In this document: one piece after another, positions 28,001 through 34,095 of the stretch
Numbering within the stretch: position 1 is the first letter of the stretch
Layout: every line of letters starts with the position of its first letter
DNA from: a bacterium
GTDB lineage: Bacteria; Patescibacteriota; Patescibacteriia; UBA1558; UBA10009
DNA length: 64,000 bases
Assembly: GCA_018672055.1 (NCBI GenBank)
Contig: JABHGM010000001.1
Span: 736,977-800,976, forward strand
Direction of reading: 5' to 3'
Notes under the pieces: generated by a model
The model's input: only the letters and a program-made list of their open reading frames with translations
Databases searched by the model: none
Told to the model about the DNA's origin: nothing
Made by a program: the position numbers and the translations under genes

Positions 28001-29131
28001 AGCATCAGAACTAACATCATCACTACCTACTTCAAAATAACTAAAGTTACCAGCAGTAGCTGAATTTAAATCAGCAACTAAAGAAACAACCTTAGTTGTA
28101 CCTGCTGGTACATTAAAGTCTAGGTTAATAAATGTAGCTTTATGAGTAGAGCTATTTATAGACTTACCTGAGGTTAGTCTTGTAGCACCATCATAAATAT
28201 ATAAGTTGGAGAAATCACCAGTTGCACCAACACCTCTTCTGGTGAAGGTTAAACCGTCAAGATCAACAGCACCATCAGAAGAAGCAGTTACATTAATTTT
28301 CATTAAAGTAACACCAGTTGCTGATAATGGACCAACTTGTGCGCCAGGATTATCTGAAGCTAAAGCAACAGTTAAACCTGAACCACCAACTACTGTACCA
28401 GGATCGGTAGCACCAGTTGCTGGGTTTGCTAAAGCATCTTCTGTAGCTGTTACAGAAGTACCGTCGCTATATGCTGATAAATCAGTTACAGCAATAACAT
28501 AATCAGCATTAAAACGATTACCAGTCATACCTGCATCTGTTACAGGTCTCTTGGAATCGCCATCAATATAATATACTTGATCATCCATTTGAACCAAAGT
28601 ACCACTTGGGTAAGTTGATGCAGCAGTTAAAGCAGCGCCTGTTGCGCTATAACCACCTGCTAAGTAAGTAGGTACTGCGAAAATCATTGATTCCCAGTTA
28701 GCACCATACAAAGCAACAGCAGCTTCGGCTGAGTCAAGTTTGTGTAATAAACCATCAACAGCAACGCCATAAACTTCAGGAGTATTAGCAGTCAAAAATT
28801 GACTACCATCACTTGAAATTTCAACATACTGTAATAGTTTAGCACCAGGTCTTACGGTAACAGAAGCACCTAAAGTGTAAGAAGTCATTTCATCTTGAGC
28901 AACTGTGACGACATCGCCAAAGTCTTCATACCAAGACATAAATTCTCTTTCACTTGGAAAAGGATGCTTGAAACCGTCAGCGTCTAAATAATAGACAGCT
29001 GTATAACCTTCGGTTTTAATTAGATCTCCAGCTGAAGCAACGTTTTCGGCAGCAACAGGTGTAAAAGCTACACCCATTAAACCAATAACGGCAACCATGG
29101 AGATCAAGAAAGCTTTCTTGATTAAATTCAT
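25076..29131 (-). CDS. Giant secreted T/S/G/A/N/D-rich cell-surface protein. S-layer-like glycoprotein candidate.
   Basis: 1351 aa. Signal peptide MNLIKKAFLISMVAVIGLMGVAFTPVAAEN. Very Thr/Ser/Gly-rich and low in charge. Local GC is higher than its surroundings. Good RBS AAGGAAA. Dedicated strong terminator. Confidence 0.55.
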   Translation of the reverse strand: MNLIKKAFLISMVAVIGLMGVAFTPVAAENVASAGDLIKTEGYTAVYYLDADGFKHPFPSEREFMSWYEDFGDVVTVAQDEMTSYTLGASVTVRPGAKLLQYVEISSDGSQFLTANTPEVYGVAVDGLLHKLDSAEAAVALYGANWESMIFAVPTYLAGGYSATGAALTAASTYPSGTLVQMDDQVYYIDGDSKRPVTDAGMTGNRFNADYVIAVTDLSAYSDGTSVTATEDALANPATGATDPGTVVGGSGLTVALASDNPGAQVGPLSATGVTLMKINVTASSDGAVDLDGLTFTRRGVGATGDFSNLYIYDGATRLTSGKSINSSTHKATFINLDFNVPAGTTKVVSLVADLNSATAGNFSYFEVGSDDVSSDAAINGSFPLVSNTLTLGSSVAGTITIAKNGTLANPTVAQQNAQIAQFKLTAGSAENLEISRITLYQAGSINSTYITDLELYQGADLLGTVSGITSNSLVVFDLSDSPFILEKNTNRIFKIYGDISGDSRNGDTTKIYLENTSDLLAVGSFYGYGAGVTSGDYDGVSGDADTTTLTVQGGQITVAKNGPQSSTVARGGTEVELLNFSITSGVNAELRKLRLELHNDSTDLDTDDDDTACDTSSNYISNVKIVDVDNGDSTSGVDCGTFTEISGSDAGIYYDYTDYFNFDAGQTRTFKVVADLNVSLSTTGNYYATLGSTGSTYTINTTDGIKNTDNNQWITDIVPTTHTTGNDMTVAAASLGIALASNAAGVTVVQGTEDVNLGEFAFNAGSGSDMTITGLTLYGYVGTDTTNVVVRRQDCGAAVYTTVNNLISSLALYDITADPDMTNNLNSTIESFASATGAATFSNVNWTIPGGETHVMRVVGDTVNTAYTNGCSVNKTVKINVATAAGVSINDDTGTDVTLTDNDGTAWAIADGNGSATLVASSYYVLISDAGTLNVTTESNPSIANVVAGTSDVPMLNLKFQAVNEAFNLNKVRIQQLQADGNRAVDSVTIGYMNEAGETITANNVEISGNADFNITTNPFYIPANTYRIMNVYFNIPAINQTNATYSGDEIYANFDSDANFEAKSADSGSTSLTAPSDTTDRAGSVMTVMGTVPTFTADNTTNASLINGPAELYRFQVSAPEGGTALSLKKLSFKLSLTDSVQTTSTLSLTNFQVYEGSSYSAATVLTQSDTATDGYQVYNGYGVTTTTANGTGTGGKLSASTGVVYQNYAGNTSSTSHDVIVVFNDDRLISAGSSKYFILKATAGNVNTGASSSDSISMYLNDGDSSTTAYNYITAHCDATGVSGVPGKFCLTDDASGTTDAAAYMIWSDNTGTNGNNTHADITADDSSSADWYNGYKIKTLDVTRVLN

Positions 29132-29436
29132 ATTTATTTCCTTTGTTAACTTATTTACTCAACTAATCTCTTAAAAACAATTAATTTACTCACACTATTT
29201 CTTAGTGATTTTGCATTTAAAATCTCGACCTTTACTAATTAATAATTAAGGTAATTGTTCCTAATATGAGACGAGCGCAAATAAATAAGCTTTATAATAT
29301 CGATTAGATTATAATTTAAATTTACTAATCGACTTATTAATTATTTAACACGTCCTTAAATTGGACATTATTAACACATTTTTAATTTACATAAATACTT
29401 AAATGGGATTTCCATTTAAGTAAACCATGTATATCT

Positions 29437-30618
29437 TTATTCAATTTCTATAACCTCTGAAGTACTTTCGTCTAATTTCTTTACTTCTATATCTTTTTCT
29501 TCACTTACACCTTTAACTTCTGATATTTCTTCTTCAATTACTTCTTCTTTAGTTATTTCAATTATTTTATCATTAACTTGATTTACTAAATTATTTCCTT
29601 CTTTAAGCTTTTCTAAAGTATCAACAAAATTCTCTTCTACTAATAGCTCACTGCTACTTACCATATATTTTTTAGCTTCTGAAACCTTTTTAAATAAATC
29701 ATTTAATGATTGTTTTTCAATATCAAATAATGGTTCTCTAACACAAATAGTGGTTCCGCCACTTCTTTCACATCTTCTATTACTTAAACCAACTTCTATT
29801 TCATTTAAACTTATAGTAATAACTTCAATCTTTTTATTAATTCTATTTATTTTATCATCAAGTAATGCTGTTAAATCTTCATTAGTAAATTCAATCTCTG
29901 CTATTTCTCCTGATTCTTGCTGTACAGCTAAAATCTTTATAGCATCTTGTTCTGCATTTTCTGAAGAATCAATAACTTCAGCAATTATCTGTTCTACATT
30001 CTCTAATTGAATATCCTCATTTACTTGATTTAAAACTTCAACTGCGTCTTTACTATCAATAGTTATTTGTTTAGCTAAATCAGCAACTTTATCTGATTCT
30101 TCATCTGCTTTATTTACTATACTCAGTGACGCACTAGCTGATGATAAATCTTGTTTTAATTTAGAAACAACAGTATTAATGTATTCTTCTTTTTCTGCTT
30201 TAGTTAAGTTTTCTGACTGAGCTAACTTAATAACTTCATCTTTTCTATTTTGTACATGTTTTAAATGAATTGCAGCTTCTTGATATGAAGACATAGCTAA
30301 AACTAATTCAATCTTTTCTATAGTCTTTTTAACAAAGTATAATGTTCTATCTGGTCTATATTCTGCTTTAGCAGCAAGTCCAGTTGAACCAAGTAAACCA
30401 AATATTAATAATGTAGCCATAATCTTACTTGGAGCTGGTACAAATCTTTTTTGCCAGTCAATCATTAAAACCTTGAAATGATATGTCCAAGGTGTTTGAT
30501 AGGTGATAGTGTCTCTATCAACTTTTTTAACTAAAAAATCACGAGTTGAATTTAACCATTCTTCTCGTGGTTCGATACTATCTAATTTATTAAATTGTCT
30601 AGTAATACGTTCTGGCAT
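29437..30618 (-). CDS. Putative membrane-anchored anti-sigma factor (single TM, extracytoplasmic coiled-coil/acidic domain).
   Basis: Follows the ECF sigma gene with a 5-bp gap. TM IMATLLIFGLLGSTGLAA. Long acidic coiled-coil C-terminal region. Confidence 0.4.
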   Translation of the reverse strand: MPERITRQFNKLDSIEPREEWLNSTRDFLVKKVDRDTITYQTPWTYHFKVLMIDWQKRFVPAPSKIMATLLIFGLLGSTGLAAKAEYRPDRTLYFVKKTIEKIELVLAMSSYQEAAIHLKHVQNRKDEVIKLAQSENLTKAEKEEYINTVVSKLKQDLSSASASLSIVNKADEESDKVADLAKQITIDSKDAVEVLNQVNEDIQLENVEQIIAEVIDSSENAEQDAIKILAVQQESGEIAEIEFTNEDLTALLDDKINRINKKIEVITISLNEIEVGLSNRRCERSGGTTICVREPLFDIEKQSLNDLFKKVSEAKKYMVSSSELLVEENFVDTLEKLKEGNNLVNQVNDKIIEITKEEVIEEEISEVKGVSEEKDIEVKKLDESTSEVIEIE

Positions 30619-30623
30619 TTTAT

Positions 30624-31148
30624 TTAAGTAAATTTTTGTAATTCTTTTATTGCCCTGTGGATAATTACTCTAACGTTGCCACTGGACTTATCAACTATTT
30701 TAGATATTTCTTTTATACTAAACCCTTCTATATATCTAAGAACTATAATTTCTCTTTGATCGCTTTTTAAAGAAGCTATTAATCTTTCTAAGTTCTGCTT
30801 ATCTATCTCTTTGTCAGGATCTATTTTTAATTGATCTGGTATATCCTCAGAGTCATAGATTAAAGGCAATTCTTCTTTTTCACGTGTTCTATAATAATCA
30901 ATTATTAAATTTCTAGCTGTTCTATATATAAATGGTTTAAATTGCTTTATCTTCTTTCCTTCTAATATATACTCCCAAACTTTAAGGAAAGCCTGACTAG
31001 CTAAATCTTCTGCTATTTCTTCGGTAGCTACTTTAAAGTATATAAACCTATATATAGGTTTTGAATACTTATCGAATAACTCACCATAAGCTTCAGAGTC
31101 ACCCCTGCTAGCCTTAAAAAGAATTAATTTTTCATTATCTATAGACAT
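30624..31148 (-). CDS. ECF-type sigma-70 family RNA polymerase sigma factor.
   Basis: Region 2 (FIYRTARNLIIDYYR) and region 4 HTH (IIVLRYIEGFSIKEISKIVDKSSGNVRVIIHRAIKEL). Confidence 0.75.
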   Translation of the reverse strand: MSIDNEKLILFKASRGDSEAYGELFDKYSKPIYRFIYFKVATEEIAEDLASQAFLKVWEYILEGKKIKQFKPFIYRTARNLIIDYYRTREKEELPLIYDSEDIPDQLKIDPDKEIDKQNLERLIASLKSDQREIIVLRYIEGFSIKEISKIVDKSSGNVRVIIHRAIKELQKFT

Positions 31149-31490
31149 TAAATAAGACGGTAAAAACTAAAAAATGTTACAAACATAAGTATATATTATG
31201 TAATAAATTTTGTCTATAGTCAAATAGAATTATAGAAATGGCTAATATTAGCTAAATTATAAAATGGCTGTTAATAAAATAAAAAAAGTTAGATTTTATG
31301 CTTTATCAATTAAACCCAATATTAATCAAATAATTGTTAAATTTTATGTAAATAAGAATACAAAGTGAATACTTAAATACAGATAATATATCTTGTACTT
31401 CTACTGTAATCTAGAAGTAAGTAATATATTTATATTACTATTAACATTTTACTTCTAGAATATTCTACAAATAAATGGTAATATATAAAT

Positions 31491-31790
31491 ATGATTAATA
31501 AAACTAAATTTAGTATGCCTTTAAGAGTCTCTGTAAGTGAAGCTGCCAGACTTTTTGGTGTTTCAACTAAAACTATTCGTACAGCTATAAAAAATGAAGA
31601 CTTACACTACATCGTAGTAAATGGTAGATATAAGCTGAACTTTGATAGTCTTATCAAATGGTCTCAGTTATCCACAAGGCGTCATACTCAATTTAACAAT
31701 CAAGGCTTAGGTCAGTATGTGGATAAATGGAAAATTACTAATAAAAAATATAGTCCTAATCCAGAACTAATAAAAAAGTTAAAATCTTAA
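31491..31790 (+). CDS. Small HTH DNA-binding protein (excisionase/MerR-like HTH_17 type).
   Basis: LRVSVSEAARLFGVSTKTIRTAIKNEDLHYIVVNGRYKL. Confidence 0.45.
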   Translation: MINKTKFSMPLRVSVSEAARLFGVSTKTIRTAIKNEDLHYIVVNGRYKLNFDSLIKWSQLSTRRHTQFNNQGLGQYVDKWKITNKKYSPNPELIKKLKS

Positions 31791-32998
31791 TCTATTTTTC
31801 TAAAACCTATCCTATCACGTGCAATATCTTCAGTTTTCCACATCCTGCCTAAATGAATAGCGTAATCTCCATATACGTTATTTATGTTATCCACAAGCCT
31901 GCTTATTCTTGGATCTTCAGTAATAAATAATGAAAGCTGATTATTTCTAGGGACTAAATTAAAGACTCCTACAGCTAGCATTCTAACCTTATCCTTTAAC
32001 TCAGTATCCCTTAAAACCTTTACAGCTTTATTAAATATAACTTCTGTTGATGTAACAGAAGTTTTTAGTTTAAAACGTTTACCATAACCCTGTATACTAT
32101 AATCAACATAGGTCCAATAAATATAAATACCTTGGGCTAATTGATCTCTGGATCTTAAACGTTTACCTACACGATGTGTTAATTTGTATAGTACCTTCTC
32201 TAAGTACTTTTTATCACGTGTCCAATTAGGTACACAGTAGGAATGGCCAATAGATTTACTTAAGAGCTGATCCTGATCTCTTAAGTAATCAATTTCTAAT
32301 CCATTAACTTTAGCCCATAAAAAATAGCCAGGTTTACCAAGGGCTTGAATTAAATTTTGAATAGGGGATTTTTTTAATTCATTTATAGTATAAATACCTA
32401 TAGCATTTAAACGTTCTTCTAATTTAATATTTATACCCCAAATATCTGTTAACTTATACCTCTCAAACCACTGAGAAAGCTCATTTTTTGACTTAAGAGA
32501 CCTTATTTCATCAACTCCTATAACATCAGAAACAAATTTAGCTAAAAACTTAGTATAGGATATACCAATAGAACATTTAAGGTATGAACCAATTTCTTGC
32601 TTAATACGTATATTCATTTCTTGAGCTAATTTAAAAGCCTCATCATAATCATGAGCTACACCTGTTAAATCTAAAAAAGCTTCATCTATACTATATGGTT
32701 CAAAATCTTCAGAATATGAAGTCATTATGTTAAAAAACTTCTTGGTAACAGTCCTGTATTTATTAGGATCGTTTTCAAGAAGTATGATGTTTGGATATAG
32801 TTGTTTTGCTTTCTTTACTAAGCAACCAGTCTTAATACCTACTTTTTTAGCTTCAATAGATGAAGCTACAATACAACCGTTGTTTGATAAGTAGGCACAA
32901 ACGCCTACTGGTTTACCTCGAATAAATGGATTTGCTTGTTGCTCAACTGTAGCAAAATACGAATTCATATCCAAATGTAAAATAATTCGTTTAGCCAT
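31787..32998 (-). CDS. dinB: Y-family DNA polymerase IV (DinB).
   Basis: N-terminal ILHLDMNSYFATVEQQANPFIRGKPVGVC matches the UmuC/DinB catalytic signature. Sits in an operon with lexA. Confidence 0.8.
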   Translation of the reverse strand: MAKRIILHLDMNSYFATVEQQANPFIRGKPVGVCAYLSNNGCIVASSIEAKKVGIKTGCLVKKAKQLYPNIILLENDPNKYRTVTKKFFNIMTSYSEDFEPYSIDEAFLDLTGVAHDYDEAFKLAQEMNIRIKQEIGSYLKCSIGISYTKFLAKFVSDVIGVDEIRSLKSKNELSQWFERYKLTDIWGINIKLEERLNAIGIYTINELKKSPIQNLIQALGKPGYFLWAKVNGLEIDYLRDQDQLLSKSIGHSYCVPNWTRDKKYLEKVLYKLTHRVGKRLRSRDQLAQGIYIYWTYVDYSIQGYGKRFKLKTSVTSTEVIFNKAVKVLRDTELKDKVRMLAVGVFNLVPRNNQLSLFITEDPRISRLVDNINNVYGDYAIHLGRMWKTEDIARDRIGFRKID

Positions 32999-33257
32999 TG
33001 TTATACATTGTTGATAAGGTCCAAGTTAAAGTTAATGGATTAAATATTAATTGAAAATAATTTACTTTATCTGTAACAGAGAAGTGGTAGAGTAGACCTT
33101 TACCATTTTGAGACGTATGAATAAAATGTACTTTATCTACCTTGTATATTTTACGACGCCAACTAAAGAACTTAGGAAATATTTCACTTTTCTTAAAACT
33201 AGCAACTACTTCTATACTTTCATTTATCTTATCGTACATAATATTAAACAGTTGCAA
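32991..33257 (-). CDS. Small hypothetical protein encoded between lexA and dinB, overlapping both.
   Basis: 88-aa ORF overlapping lexA by 14 nt and dinB by 8 nt. No recognisable family. Confidence 0.4.
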   Translation of the reverse strand: MQLFNIMYDKINESIEVVASFKKSEIFPKFFSWRRKIYKVDKVHFIHTSQNGKGLLYHFSVTDKVNYFQLIFNPLTLTWTLSTMYNNG

Positions 33258-33861
33258 ATTTTCTAATAACAGCTCTTACTATCCCCTGAATTAATGGATC
33301 CTTAGCATAGATAGGTTTCATAGTAGCATTAGCTGGTTGTAAACGTATTCTATTGTTTTCCTTATAAAACTTCTTTAAAGTTGCATAAGCATTATCAAGT
33401 AAAGCAACTACTACATCCCCATTCTGTGGGCTATGATTTCTTTCTACTATTACATAATCTCCATCCCAAATACCCTCATCTATCATAGATTGACCCTTAA
33501 CACGTAATACATATGAGTTATCAGAATTAGTTACAAAATCAGCAGGTATAGCCATGGTCTCATTACCTTCAACAGCTTCAATTGGTTTACCAGCTGTAAT
33601 AAGTCCTACAAGTGGTAAATCAATAGCTATAGCATCACGGTAACTTGATAACATAATAGGTTCTAAAGCTCGTTTTTGGTTCTTAAACGACTTTAAATAG
33701 CCTTTACCTTCTAAAGCCTTAATATGCTGATGAATAGTAGCAGAAGAAGAAACTCCTAAATTATCAGCAATTTCTAAATAGCTTGGAGCATATGAATTAT
33801 CATCAATATATTGATTTACATAATCCAAAACTTCTTTTTGTCTTTTAGTTAATTTTTCCAT
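33244..33861 (-). CDS. lexA: LexA repressor (S24 peptidase).
   Basis: N-terminal wHTH (LTKRQKEVLDYV...YLEIADNLGVSSSATIHQHIKALEGKGYL). Catalytic GQSM Ser and a downstream Lys (RVKGQSMIDEGI...LKKF). Confidence 0.85.
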   Translation of the reverse strand: MEKLTKRQKEVLDYVNQYIDDNSYAPSYLEIADNLGVSSSATIHQHIKALEGKGYLKSFKNQKRALEPIMLSSYRDAIAIDLPLVGLITAGKPIEAVEGNETMAIPADFVTNSDNSYVLRVKGQSMIDEGIWDGDYVIVERNHSPQNGDVVVALLDNAYATLKKFYKENNRIRLQPANATMKPIYAKDPLIQGIVRAVIRKFATV

Positions 33862-33907
33862 ATTTTTTGTTTTAATTATTAGTTATCCCCATATCCCTTT
33901 TTATATA

Positions 33908-33942
33908 TTAATTATATACCGAAAGTTAACCGAAAGTCAAGC
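33908..33942 (-). promoter_or_regulatory. lexA promoter (TTGACT-17-TATAAT on the minus strand) with a tandem direct repeat ACTTTCGGT-TA-ACTTTCGGT filling the spacer. Candidate operator.
   Basis: Read directly: plus strand ATTATATACCGAAAGTTAACCGAAAGTCAA. Its reverse complement gives the near-consensus -35/-10 with the repeat between them. Confidence 0.45.
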
Positions 33943-33956
33943 ATTACTCCCCTGTA

Positions 33957-33985
33957 TTGACAAAATAGCTTAAATATATTAAAAT
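33957..33985 (+). promoter_or_regulatory. Divergent sigma-70-like promoter for the 34096 gene.
   Basis: TTGACA (33957-62), 17-bp spacer, TAAAAT (33980-85). Confidence 0.45.
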
Positions 33986-34095
33986 ACTCTAATCATTTTA
34001 TATACTGAAATGATTATTTTAAACATATAAAGTATCTATTAATATAGATAAATGGTTAAAAGCTCATTGAAAATAATACATAAGAAAGGAAAAAG

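Noticed and set aside
28206-28502. 98-aa plus-strand ORF
   Set aside because: Antisense shadow ORF within the GC-richer surface-protein gene. Ala/Pro/Thr-rich as expected from the complement of Thr/Gly/Ala codons.
29750-30010. 86-aa plus-strand ORF
   Set aside because: Antisense to the anti-sigma-like gene.
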